DNA from: a virus
Strand: one strand, 5' to 3'
Virus record (IMG/VR): IMGVR_UViG_3300043446_003692
Location: 6,210-70,209 of that record
Length of the DNA: 64,000 bases
The notes beneath the pieces are model-generated. The model made no database searches. It had not been told where the DNA came from and saw only the letters and a program-made list of their open reading frames with translations. Position 1 is the stretch's first letter, and the number at the start of each line of letters is the position of its first letter. Shown here one piece after another: positions 1-9,150 of the stretch. A program made the position numbers and the translations under genes.

Positions 1-68
1 GGTGGTAGCTCATCCATTGCTGGCTTGGCTACCGCTGGTTCATCGTCAGGTGATCCGAATTTAGGCAT
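1..68 (-). CDS. 5' end of an unknown gene running off the window (MPKFGSPDDEPAVAKPAMDELP...)
   Basis: ATG at 68-66 overlaps the end of the gp51-like ORF; frame stays open to the window edge. Confidence 0.5.
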   Translation of the reverse strand, partial: MPKFGSPDDEPAVAKPAMDELP

Positions 69-240
69 TTCTAGTTCTTTCCTCTAGTTTATTGAGGTAA
101 TCCATTAAAAATGAAAAATACAAATCACGCTCGTAAGGCACCATATCCTCAATTTCTTTTATCGAATATTTATGGTGCTGAGCCAAGGAAAATATAGAAG
201 CATAATAATTTTCAAGAGTATTGTGACTCAGCGCAGCATA
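61..240 (-). CDS. gp51: gp51-like short baseplate hub assembly ORF, probably reached by -1 frameshift from gp26
   Basis: Hand translation YAALSHNTLENYYASIFSLAQHHKYSIKEIEDMVPYERDLYFSFLMDYLNKLEERTRNA*; resembles the short gp51 of cyanophage-type T4-likes; no ATG before the conserved part; not in the ORF track. Confidence 0.7.
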   Translation of the reverse strand, partial: YAALSHNTLENYYASIFSLAQHHKYSIKEIEDMVPYERDLYFSFLMDYLNKLEERTRNA

Positions 241-941
241 AAAAAATCGTTGAGAGAACTCAACTCTATTTTTCTATCATTACCAAATGAATTTTTGTAT
301 GTAATTGTATGCTTTAATTTTGGAGCTGTTGCCAAAAATTCATTGATTTTTTCAAATGTCTTAATATCGATTTGATTGATGAAATCTAATAGTTCTTGGC
401 GCGAAAAGTTTTTAGGTTCGTAAACCGATTCTTCGTCATAGATCTTATCTATGCAGCGAACAATCAATTCTATTGCTGCATCTTCTGGCGTAGCATTAAG
501 GAATTCTTTATCAGAATAAATGCTGGCTGGAGGATACCTCATTACAATACCATTTTTACCTATGATGCTAATTTTATTAGAAACATCCTTCGGCATTTCC
601 AAAACGATTTCGTCAAGATTAATTTCAAATTCGTATAGTTTTTCGTCTTCATAATCTTTGTACGAAAGTTTAATTACATTGCTTACTGACAAAGAACGAA
701 TTTTAAGGAACAAGTATTCCAGATCGAAAACAGAAATAGTATCTACGTCAAACGTAGGATCCATAGAACAATTGTTTACTACCTGTTTTATGGCAGTTAA
801 AATGTCATTATCTTCGTTGCTTGTTTTTGCTACAAGAAGTATTTTTTCTTCTCTGACTAGAAACTGCCTAAACTTCATCTTTTTGTTCAATGAAGGCACA
901 AGAATATCAAACTGCGGGTACATAATTTTAGGTAAAGACAT
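228..941 (-). CDS. gp26: Baseplate hub assembly protein gp26-like
   Basis: MSLPKI..P, FRQFLVREEKILL, FDLEYLFLKIRSLSV motifs; ends LNDFF. Confidence 0.85.
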   Translation of the reverse strand: MSLPKIMYPQFDILVPSLNKKMKFRQFLVREEKILLVAKTSNEDNDILTAIKQVVNNCSMDPTFDVDTISVFDLEYLFLKIRSLSVSNVIKLSYKDYEDEKLYEFEINLDEIVLEMPKDVSNKISIIGKNGIVMRYPPASIYSDKEFLNATPEDAAIELIVRCIDKIYDEESVYEPKNFSRQELLDFINQIDIKTFEKINEFLATAPKLKHTITYKNSFGNDRKIELSSLNDFFMLR

Positions 942-961
942 AGTTCACACCTCTTAATAAG

Positions 962-1636
962 TTATCCACCGAAAAGCGATTGGTCTCCTCGAAATACTGC
1001 AGTTTCAATTGCAGCAGATCTATCGCCAACAGATCTAAACGTCTGAGCGCCACCGACTCCAACGTTACGTTCATTCCAAGAGAAAAAGTTAAATCTAACA
1101 TTCAAACGCATAAAGTCGCTACTGCCCCAGTTTAAACTGATGTCAGATATGGAAACTGGGAATGCGTCAACCAAATCGATAATCATTGTTGGGTAATCTG
1201 GTCTAATTTCATTGTAAACGAAAATGGTCAAAGTTGATGCGTATTCATCTTTATAAGCTAACTCAAACTCTGTTCCTCGACCCAAATTATAATTGTATAT
1301 TGTGTCCATCCAAGCCTGAAACATATTCCACATTTGAGCTTTTTGATCAATGCGAAATGTGACATTACAATCAGTAAACGCTGCACCAAATGGCATCTTT
1401 TCGATGTTACCAACACCTTGGCGGCGCAATTCAGAAGTCTGTAGGCTGATACCTGGAACAGATACGCTTTCTGCATAGTACTCTAGGATGCGACCAGTTT
1501 GAGCTGTGTTAACGCCACCTACTGATCTGCCAGTTAAAATATTTGGTATAGGTACGCGTACGACAAATCGATTATTTTTCAATAATCCGCCATTACGCGA
1601 TAAATTTGATGTAAACTGATCGATACTAAAAGGCAT
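962..1636 (-). CDS. gp54: Baseplate tail-tube initiator gp54-like (gp19 fold)
   Basis: GGL..NNRF, SVSVPG, DAFPVSISDISLNW tube-fold motifs; position next to gp2. Confidence 0.7.
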   Translation of the reverse strand: MPFSIDQFTSNLSRNGGLLKNNRFVVRVPIPNILTGRSVGGVNTAQTGRILEYYAESVSVPGISLQTSELRRQGVGNIEKMPFGAAFTDCNVTFRIDQKAQMWNMFQAWMDTIYNYNLGRGTEFELAYKDEYASTLTIFVYNEIRPDYPTMIIDLVDAFPVSISDISLNWGSSDFMRLNVRFNFFSWNERNVGVGGAQTFRSVGDRSAAIETAVFRGDQSLFGG

Positions 1637-2238
1637 TATCTTCTAACCATTGATTGTGATTCCGCTTGTACTGTTGCTGCGCTGGCTTTTGCAAACCTTT
1701 CAGTTGGTAGCAACAATGCTTTATCCCAGTTTTCGGGCGAAACATACAGAAAATTACTCTGTACATGCCCGTAAAGATACCTTTTAAAGCACGGTGCGAA
1801 ATAACGAAACTTACTAGCGCTGGTCAAAATCTCATATGAAATTTGCAGCTTAGTGCTATCATCGTATTTATTGTTATTGCGGAGAGTGTATAGCGCATCC
1901 ATCAGTTGGGCGCGCAGCTTTGGCGGCAAATAGTGGAGATTCAAACCAGTGAATCCATCCTGATCTACATTGACCAACATAATCATAGGAAATTTATCGT
2001 AGTATGGGAGAATTTTCTTCAGTTTTGGATCATAAAAAAACATAAACATTTTGCCAATATCAGCTGTACGTATACCTGATCTGACATTTTCTTTGTCGTT
2101 CATCAAACGATTGTTGTTTACGTTAGTTATTTTTTGAGCTTCGCCGCGATACCAAGCAATAGCATCTTTTGGGCTTAGGGAATCTACGCCCGCTCTTGCG
2201 CCTCTGTTGGCTAATTGTTGGAAAACGTAAGCAACCAT
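1636..2238 (-). CDS. gp2: DNA end protector protein gp2
   Basis: GKMFMFFYDPKLK..LPYYDKFP, GLNLHYLPP, PCFKRYL motifs. Confidence 0.9.
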   Translation of the reverse strand: MVAYVFQQLANRGARAGVDSLSPKDAIAWYRGEAQKITNVNNNRLMNDKENVRSGIRTADIGKMFMFFYDPKLKKILPYYDKFPMIMLVNVDQDGFTGLNLHYLPPKLRAQLMDALYTLRNNNKYDDSTKLQISYEILTSASKFRYFAPCFKRYLYGHVQSNFLYVSPENWDKALLLPTERFAKASAATVQAESQSMVRR

Positions 2239-2678
2239 CAGAAATTAATACCTAACTCTTTTTCTGTAAAGATATGAAATGACCATTTTCTATCAGCGCA
2301 AAACTCTCGCGCTGCTTTCCACTTTGCTTGATTTACACCGTATGTCATAACCTCAGTAATATACTTTCGAGAGGGCTTTGGCTGCTTTTTAGGTTCCATA
2401 GTCTGCGCTAACGGTTTAACCTCGATAATTGCTGTTTCTATTAACCCCTGTTTATTTATCTTTTTGACATAAAAATCGGGAAAGTATCTATGTAATTTGC
2501 CATCTACTGGCGATCGGTATGGAATGAAAAACTCCTCGGAGCTCCACTCAACAACATCAGGATGTTCGTCCAGATGCATCATAAGTTTAAGTTCCCAGCG
2601 GGAGCGATAAATAATATTTGAGGGATTGCCTCGATATTTTTGAGGTTGTTTTGGTCTGAAGTAACCTTTGTAAGCCAT
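2238..2678 (-). CDS. gp4: Head completion nuclease gp4 (TnsA-like fold)
   Basis: YKG.FRP..PQKYRG, YRSRWE, HRYFPDF, IEVKP, NQAKWKAA motifs. Confidence 0.92.
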   Translation of the reverse strand: MAYKGYFRPKQPQKYRGNPSNIIYRSRWELKLMMHLDEHPDVVEWSSEEFFIPYRSPVDGKLHRYFPDFYVKKINKQGLIETAIIEVKPLAQTMEPKKQPKPSRKYITEVMTYGVNQAKWKAAREFCADRKWSFHIFTEKELGINF

Positions 2679-2692
2679 GTTCCAAAATCTTC

Positions 2693-2700
2693 AATAAATA
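2693..2700 (+). promoter_or_regulatory. T4-type late promoter (AATAAATA) for the rightward baseplate operon
   Basis: NATAAATA about 30 nt upstream of the ATG at 2732. Confidence 0.65.
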
Positions 2701-2712
2701 ACAGTACTAAGC

Positions 2713-2720
2713 TATTTATC
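2713..2720 (-). promoter_or_regulatory. T4-type late promoter (GATAAATA) for the leftward gp4-gp2-gp54-gp26 operon
   Basis: TATTTATC on the + strand, about 35 nt upstream of the gp4 start. Confidence 0.6.
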
Positions 2721-2731
2721 AAGGAAAATAA

Positions 2732-3559
2732 ATGTTAGACAGCGTATTGCAAGGTCTCAATGAGTTTGGTAAAACAATCGGTATAGATATCGGTTCGCTG
2801 ACTTCTAGTATGAATACTGGAACTCATGTTTTTCCTTCCAATCTTAGCCGCGACTACTATATGGAAATTCAATTTTTTGAATATAGTCGACAAAATCTAA
2901 ACTCAATAGGTACTGCATTACCAAGAGGGAAAATACGATTACCTATAGCTGCTAACTTGGTAGACGCTCAAGGCGTAAATTATGGAGAAGAGGCATTAAC
3001 AACCTCTTTGGGTGGTGCGACGAATGCTGTCGCTGGCAACGCGCCAGGTGGCGCTTTGTTCGATAAAGCATTAAATGCTGCTGGTGCTGGAGCTGTAGGT
3101 GGTGTGGCTGCTGCACTAGGCGGCACTGGGCAAGGATTGGTTGGAGCCATGTTTGGTATAACAGCCAACCCATTTTTAACAGTGTTGTTTAAGAATCCAA
3201 ACTACAGAGAATACGAATTTGCTTGGAGATTAACGCCAAGAAATCCAACAGAAAGTGCAGCAATTCAAAACATTTACAAATCAGTAAAATATCATCAGCT
3301 TCCAAAAAGAAGCGAAGGAGCTGGTGGTGCTGTGCTTGCTTACCCAAGCCTAGTTAAAGTTTCTATCAAGGCTCGACAAGAGTCATTATATCCATTTAAG
3401 TATGGTGTTATCGTAAATTCTTCCTTCAATTTCGCACCAGATGGTGCACCATCGTTTTTCAGGAACGGCAATCCAACATCTATAGATTTTCGTTTGTCGG
3501 TAAAAGAAGTAGAATACTTCCTCAAGGGCGACAATCAAAGAATGTTCCAAAAAATTTAA
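2732..3559 (+). CDS. gp48: Baseplate tail-tube cap gp48-like
   Basis: NPFLTVLFKNPNYREYEFAWRLTPRNPTES, YPSLV, L.VKEVE motifs; precedes gp53. Confidence 0.8.
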   Translation: MLDSVLQGLNEFGKTIGIDIGSLTSSMNTGTHVFPSNLSRDYYMEIQFFEYSRQNLNSIGTALPRGKIRLPIAANLVDAQGVNYGEEALTTSLGGATNAVAGNAPGGALFDKALNAAGAGAVGGVAAALGGTGQGLVGAMFGITANPFLTVLFKNPNYREYEFAWRLTPRNPTESAAIQNIYKSVKYHQLPKRSEGAGGAVLAYPSLVKVSIKARQESLYPFKYGVIVNSSFNFAPDGAPSFFRNGNPTSIDFRLSVKEVEYFLKGDNQRMFQKI

Positions 3560-3571
3560 CGAGAAAATAAA

Positions 3572-4426
3572 ATGGAAAGATATTTCGAAAAGTTCCCAAC
3601 AGTAACCTATAATGGCTATGAATCTAAAAACCTCATGGTAAGAACAAAAATCATTGACAAGGTATACGACAAACCAGAAAATTTTAATTTTTATGAATTA
3701 ACAGATACTTTCAGACCAGACAACGTTGCATATGAATTGTATGGCGACCAGTATATGAGCTGGTTGGTTTATATGTCTAATAGAATAGTGGATCCATACT
3801 ATGATTGGTTCTTAGGGCAGTATGACTTCGAACAATATATTTTGCAAAAATATAGTTCTTACGAAAACGCTCAAGGTAAAGTAGCATATTGGTCTAACAA
3901 TTGGTATGATGATAATACGGTGCTTTCAGTTTCTTATTACAATAACACATTAGCTGATTATGCTAAAAAATACTACGAGCCAGTATTTGCTGCTAATACA
4001 ATTTTAGAATATAAACGTAGAGAAGCTGATTGGATTGTAAACACCAATCAAATTTGGGAACTTAAAGTTGACGCAGATATATCTTTAGTATTAGACGATA
4101 AAGTTACGGTAGCCAATTCCTTATCATTTGACGTTGCTAACGGACAAGTATTGTTCGCGAACAGTTCTTTAGTTCGTATTCACCAAGTTTTTGGTTCACC
4201 AGAAGTTAGTAATGGAACTATAAGTTATGGTAGCAATACAGCTAACGTAACATCATCTACATTAGTTGCCAGAAATATACCTTTAGAAGAACAATCTTTT
4301 TGGTCAGCAGTTACGTATTACGATGTTGAAGACATTAAAAATGCTGGTAAAAAATTAATCAAAGTAGTAAGTCCTTCTCTTGCGCTAGACACAGCGCTAC
4401 AATTGAAAAGAGAACTGAATCCATGA
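3572..4426 (+). CDS. gp53: Baseplate wedge protein gp53
   Basis: YFEKFPTVTY, RPDNVAYELYGD (LysM-like), NRIVDPYYDW motifs. Confidence 0.85.
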   Translation: MERYFEKFPTVTYNGYESKNLMVRTKIIDKVYDKPENFNFYELTDTFRPDNVAYELYGDQYMSWLVYMSNRIVDPYYDWFLGQYDFEQYILQKYSSYENAQGKVAYWSNNWYDDNTVLSVSYYNNTLADYAKKYYEPVFAANTILEYKRREADWIVNTNQIWELKVDADISLVLDDKVTVANSLSFDVANGQVLFANSSLVRIHQVFGSPEVSNGTISYGSNTANVTSSTLVARNIPLEEQSFWSAVTYYDVEDIKNAGKKLIKVVSPSLALDTALQLKRELNP

Positions 4427-5649
4427 CTGGTTATAATCCAGGCGATATATTGGTATACGAACTTAAAGTTGGGTCTATCGACTTTAAGTATACTTTCATT
4501 TCATTCGACATTTACGAAAGTGTTTTTACGCCTGGTGTTTTAGCAACTATAACTCTGTTAGATACTGGCGATTTTCTAGGTCAGCAAAAAATAGCTGGTG
4601 GCGAACCAGTTAACATATCATTTAAAGCTCCTGGTGGGCAATTAGCAGAGTACAAACTAATCCTCAATAAGATTAAAGATTCAGAGCCATTACCAAGTCA
4701 AAAGGCTAAATCATATATTATTGAAGCAGCCTCTGAAGAAATTTTCAATGCTCGCGACAAGTATGTAACAAAAGTTTATGACAACAAACAATTTTCGCAG
4801 ATGGTTGAAGACATATTCAAAGAGTTTTTAAAAAGCAGTAAGAAGCTCGAGGTAGAACAAACTAAGGGCATGCAAAAATATGTAGTGCCAACTCAAAAAC
4901 CTTTCCAAGCTATCGATATGATTCGTCGCCGCAGTGTTTCTCCTCAAAATGAATCATCAACATATGTGTTTTACGAAAACTCTGATGGGTTTCATTTCGT
5001 AACTTTAGAAAAAATCATTAGAGATAGAAAAATAGTTCGAACATTAATTCAGGATAATACAGTTGGTAATAATTTTTTAAGATCAAAAGCTAATAACATT
5101 TTACAGTTAAAAGTACCTCAGCAGATGGACGTTTCTCGTTCAACAGCTTCTGGTGCACAAAAGAGTCAATACAATACATTCAATCTATTCACTTTGGATT
5201 ATAAGAAAAAAGATATTGATGACCCAGAAAAAGGAACTGCGAAACCAGGTAAAAATAGAATAAAAAGTAGTTATGAAAGTAAGCACAAAGAAAAGCCAGG
5301 TTTGATCAGCGTTCTTCCAGTTGCTAATGAAAAGAAAGTTGGTCTTGGTGGTAAATCTTATATTCCAGAACAAACACCAAAGCAGCGTGCATACGCGGAC
5401 GCGCTCGCGAGTGGATCCATACGCATGACTGTTGTGGGCGACACAATTTACAAAGCTGGTGTAATGGTCACAGCTCAAATCATAAAGAAGGCAGACACAA
5501 CTGTCCATCCAGGTCTTGATTACGCGATTACGGGCGATATGCTCGTAACAGCTGTTCACCATCAAGTTGGTAAACCAGCTGAACGCCCGAGATATGTTAG
5601 CATTTTAGAATGCATGAAAGCGTCGTATAATGAGGATGTTAATTCATGA
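4423..5649 (+). CDS. Baseplate hub protein (gp27-like)
   Basis: DIYESVFTP, YVFYENSDGFHFVTLE, GDMLVTAVHH; lies between gp53 and gp5. Confidence 0.65.
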   Translation: MTGYNPGDILVYELKVGSIDFKYTFISFDIYESVFTPGVLATITLLDTGDFLGQQKIAGGEPVNISFKAPGGQLAEYKLILNKIKDSEPLPSQKAKSYIIEAASEEIFNARDKYVTKVYDNKQFSQMVEDIFKEFLKSSKKLEVEQTKGMQKYVVPTQKPFQAIDMIRRRSVSPQNESSTYVFYENSDGFHFVTLEKIIRDRKIVRTLIQDNTVGNNFLRSKANNILQLKVPQQMDVSRSTASGAQKSQYNTFNLFTLDYKKKDIDDPEKGTAKPGKNRIKSSYESKHKEKPGLISVLPVANEKKVGLGGKSYIPEQTPKQRAYADALASGSIRMTVVGDTIYKAGVMVTAQIIKKADTTVHPGLDYAITGDMLVTAVHHQVGKPAERPRYVSILECMKASYNEDVNS

Positions 5650-7358
5650 CAGAGCGATCGCTTGGTTCAAATTTTAAATGGTTTCTCGCTAAGGTTGTCA
5701 ATCGCGGCGATGGCAAACAGGGCAAAAAAGATAACACACAATCTGGTCGTGTACAGGTTCGTATATTCGGTAAACATGATGACGAGCAAAACGTACCAGA
5801 TGATAAACTTCCATGGGCAGTTCCTCTTCTTCCATTAGGAACTGGTGCGTCAAAAGAAGGCGTAGGAGCAACTCCAGTTGGGTTGAAAAAAGATAGTATC
5901 GTTGTTGGTTTTTATGCAGATAAAGACGAAACGATGCCAATTCTTTTCGGAATATTACATAAAGCTGGTACTGACTCTGGCGATGATGGCACTGATCTTG
6001 ATACCACAAAAAACGATGTGCCGAAAGGTGCAAGAACTCAAGATACTGGCGGCGGTGATAAAAATGATGTTCTTAAGAAACGACTTACTGAAGAAGTAGG
6101 TAAGGATGGTCAACATCATAAAGATAAAAAAACAATTGGTGATGTGCCATTCCAGGGCGAACCAGTTTTAGACGCTATTAAAAAAATAGATCCATCAAAT
6201 ATATCTGGCGCTATACCTGGCGCGATTAATGGCATGAAATCTATTGTTAATACTCTTGGCGTTGCTGGTTCTCTACTTGCAAACTTTCAGGCATTGACCA
6301 GTGGAAAATTGTCGATTACTGGTTTGCTGGCAACAGTTACTAACGTTAGTGGTGTTATCAGTCAAGTAACGGGCGGACAAGTAGGTCAGATTGCAGGAGT
6401 AGTAAATCAAGTAGCAGCCACAACTCTTGTTCAAACTTTTGGCGGTGTGCCAGTTAATATGGTTATGAATGGAACGCAAGGCGTCACAGCCAGATTTGGT
6501 AACACTGTTATCAATATCAGTCATAGATACGACAGATATGGTAATATTATATCTAGTAATGGTACAGTTTTAAATAATGGCGTTCTTATCGGCAGTGGTA
6601 ATATGGCGCAAATAGGTATAGTAGTAGGAGGGCTTTCTCCAACAGCTAGTAAAATATTGGCTGGTGTGCAAGCAGCAAGTATGGCTTCTAATCTTATAGC
6701 TAACGCATTTGGTGGGGGAAATCCGTTACAAACAGTTCTTAATGGTTTGGGTGGAATTACTGGTTTAACAAGTTTGGCATCAAAGGCGGCTGGATTACTA
6801 GGACCACTCACTCAAAATTTCGGCGTAGCTGTTGCGATTGCTAACAATCTTAGAAGTCAAACACAAATAGCATTTGCTGGATTACAAGCAGCCCCATTCC
6901 GTGCAGCTGGATCTGGCGAAATAAATCAAGTACTACAAAAAATCGGCAACATCGCTGGTGTTATCAATAATGTTGTTGGCGCTGCAGCTATCATAAGCGG
7001 AAGAGCTAATATTGTTCCTTCTGTTTATGGTGCTAGAATTGGCGCGTTTAACACACCAGCTTCGTTATTGAATTCAGCAATAAGTATTTCTGCTGGTGTA
7101 TTGACAGCTGCAGCTGCTCTCAACAGAAATCCATTAATTGCAGCTCCTCTTTCTCCGCTGGCAGTTTCTAGAACTTATGTAAGTCCTACGATTATTACGC
7201 CACTGAGTTACACTAATCCACCAGCTAGAATTAGTTCTCTCAATAACAGCGTTCTCAGCGTAAACGTTCCAATACTAAACACTCGAGTCATTTATGGCAA
7301 TATCAACGCAGTTCCAGGCATTGGGTTCAATGTTTCTGGTATTGGTATTAGATTTTAA
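5646..7358 (+). CDS. gp5: gp5 N-terminal OB-fold spike protein with long uncharged C-terminal extension, no lysozyme domain
   Basis: WFLAKVVNR.D, GRVQVRIFGKH, LPWA, VVGFYAD...P.LFG are typical gp5 OB-fold motifs. Confidence 0.8.
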   Translation: MTERSLGSNFKWFLAKVVNRGDGKQGKKDNTQSGRVQVRIFGKHDDEQNVPDDKLPWAVPLLPLGTGASKEGVGATPVGLKKDSIVVGFYADKDETMPILFGILHKAGTDSGDDGTDLDTTKNDVPKGARTQDTGGGDKNDVLKKRLTEEVGKDGQHHKDKKTIGDVPFQGEPVLDAIKKIDPSNISGAIPGAINGMKSIVNTLGVAGSLLANFQALTSGKLSITGLLATVTNVSGVISQVTGGQVGQIAGVVNQVAATTLVQTFGGVPVNMVMNGTQGVTARFGNTVINISHRYDRYGNIISSNGTVLNNGVLIGSGNMAQIGIVVGGLSPTASKILAGVQAASMASNLIANAFGGGNPLQTVLNGLGGITGLTSLASKAAGLLGPLTQNFGVAVAIANNLRSQTQIAFAGLQAAPFRAAGSGEINQVLQKIGNIAGVINNVVGAAAIISGRANIVPSVYGARIGAFNTPASLLNSAISISAGVLTAAAALNRNPLIAAPLSPLAVSRTYVSPTIITPLSYTNPPARISSLNNSVLSVNVPILNTRVIYGNINAVPGIGFNVSGIGIRF

Positions 7359-7367
7359 GGATGTAAC

Positions 7368-8033
7368 ATGGCAGTAGGTAACGGCGATCAAGCTCCGAAA
7401 CAGCGCCACCCAGAAACTGAATATGAAGCAGAGTATTATTATAACAAAAAAATGACTACTGAATCTGGTCATGAAATGGAGTGGGATGACACGCCAGGTA
7501 AAGAGCGTATTCGTATAGGGCATAAATCGGGTTCCTATACAGAATTTAGCGCAAAGGGCGACAAGGTTGACAACATTATTGGGCGCGAGTATAAATATAA
7601 TACTGGTGGTTTTACACAAACAGTTGATGAAAATAGTGATATAAAATATAATGGGAACCTTCGCGTTTCGATTGGTAAAAATCAACACGTAGAAGTAAAT
7701 GGCGCCAAAACTGAAACTATTGCTGAGGAATTAGCAATGGCAGTAAACAAAGGCGCTTCTATCGTGATTATTGAAGACCTTTATATTGTGGCTAAAAACG
7801 TAACGATTTCGGCTAGCGAACATGTTAATATAGATGCAGGCGGCGATATTGGTTTAAATGCTGGTGGCAATATTAATTTAAAAGCTGGGGCTGGTATGTC
7901 AGTAAAAGCGGAAGGTGGTGATATAATGACCGAATCTTCTGCAGCAACTAAAATGAGAATGGGCGCTACGTTCGAAACAACTTCTGGCAGCACTACCACG
8001 ATGAAGGCGCCAAAGATCGATCTGAACCCGTAA
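7368..8033 (+). CDS. gp5 C-terminal beta-helix needle encoded as a separate gene
   Basis: TESGHEMEWDDTPGKERIRIGHKSGSYTE motif, beta-helix repeats, ends APKIDLNP. Confidence 0.8.
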   Translation: MAVGNGDQAPKQRHPETEYEAEYYYNKKMTTESGHEMEWDDTPGKERIRIGHKSGSYTEFSAKGDKVDNIIGREYKYNTGGFTQTVDENSDIKYNGNLRVSIGKNQHVEVNGAKTETIAEELAMAVNKGASIVIIEDLYIVAKNVTISASEHVNIDAGGDIGLNAGGNINLKAGAGMSVKAEGGDIMTESSAATKMRMGATFETTSGSTTTMKAPKIDLNP

Positions 8034-8042
8034 GGAAAAAAG

Positions 8043-8462
8043 ATGTCAGTAACATTAACAACACAAACAGCCAATGGTGTAACGGTAATCGTCGGCGAAC
8101 AAACTGGCGGAACTGGCGCAGCAATTGCGATTAACTACGCGACTCTTTACGGTAGAATGGCTGATGCTTTAGAAAATCTAGCGGCGAATGTTGCTTCCAT
8201 TAAAACTACATTAGAAAATATGAGTGCGAATGTTTCAGTTATAAGAACCAATTCTACTACGATGGCAACACTGGCTAGTGGCAATGGTATGCACATCGTT
8301 AGCCCATACGAATCTTTTGGCGCTGTTTCGCTTTATCGTTTGTATGCTGAGGAAGGCGCTATCCTTGATACTAAAAACTATGTTAATGACGAAAAGGAAA
8401 CCGAAGCAAATAACGCGATTGCTGCGATGATGACCAAAGTCGAACCATTTAGGCAATTCTAA
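8043..8462 (+). CDS. Hypothetical baseplate-associated protein
   Basis: 139 aa ORF with AAGGA RBS inside the spike operon. Confidence 0.6.
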   Translation: MSVTLTTQTANGVTVIVGEQTGGTGAAIAINYATLYGRMADALENLAANVASIKTTLENMSANVSVIRTNSTTMATLASGNGMHIVSPYESFGAVSLYRLYAEEGAILDTKNYVNDEKETEANNAIAAMMTKVEPFRQF

Positions 8463-8728
8463 TGCCAGGAATTACGCGCAAGGGGCAAGACGCAGCTGGT
8501 GGTGTTTTAGTTGGCGGTTCGGGCAATGTGTTCGTCAACTCAAAGGGTGCAGTTCGTAGAGGCGATCTGGTAGCGGCGCATGGTAGACGACCACACGCTC
8601 CTGCGCCAGTTATGGTTGGTAAAAGTTCAACGGTATTCGTAAATGGCATAGGTGTATGTCGCGCAGGAGATGCAGCTAGCTGCGGTCACTCAGCGTCGGG
8701 TTCAGGCAACGTATTCGCAGGTGGGTAA
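8462..8728 (+). CDS. PAAR spike-tip protein (gp5.4-like)
   Basis: R.GD..AAH, GSSTVFVNG-type and RAGDAASCGH motifs. Confidence 0.9.
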   Translation: MPGITRKGQDAAGGVLVGGSGNVFVNSKGAVRRGDLVAAHGRRPHAPAPVMVGKSSTVFVNGIGVCRAGDAASCGHSASGSGNVFAGG

Positions 8729-9150
8729 TGTCAAGAGCAGCTAAAGAAACATTAAACAAGAAACAGCCAATTATCTATAGCGACTTTGTTAATAATTTGC
8801 TATTGCATCCTTTATCTGGAGATATAGCCAGAGTAACTAATGATGAATCTATAAAACAGTCTATTAAAAATTTGATTACATTTAACTATGGCGAAAAACT
8901 CTTCAATCCTACAGTTGGATCTGATGTTTATAAAAGTTTGTTCGAACCACTGGATGGGTTCGTGCTTAATGACATAAGAGATCATATTGTAAACACAATC
9001 ACTTATTATGAAACAAGAGTAAATTTGATAGACGTTAAAGTTTCGGGTATGGAAAACGACGAAAACGCGGTCGCTGTTACAATCGTTTTTAGCATAATAA
9101 ATACAGGTGCATCTGCTTCATTAAACTTAATTCTTAGAAGAGTCCGATAA
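8728..9150 (+). CDS. gp25: Baseplate wedge protein gp25
   Basis: YSD..., SIKQSIKNLI..NYGEKLFNPTVGS, YETRV; ends LRRVR. Confidence 0.9.
   Translation: MSRAAKETLNKKQPIIYSDFVNNLLLHPLSGDIARVTNDESIKQSIKNLITFNYGEKLFNPTVGSDVYKSLFEPLDGFVLNDIRDHIVNTITYYETRVNLIDVKVSGMENDENAVAVTIVFSIINTGASASLNLILRRVR

Noticed and set aside
2238-2678. TnsA-like nuclease as a transposon gene
   Set aside because: It is the standard gp4 head completion protein in its usual place beside gp2
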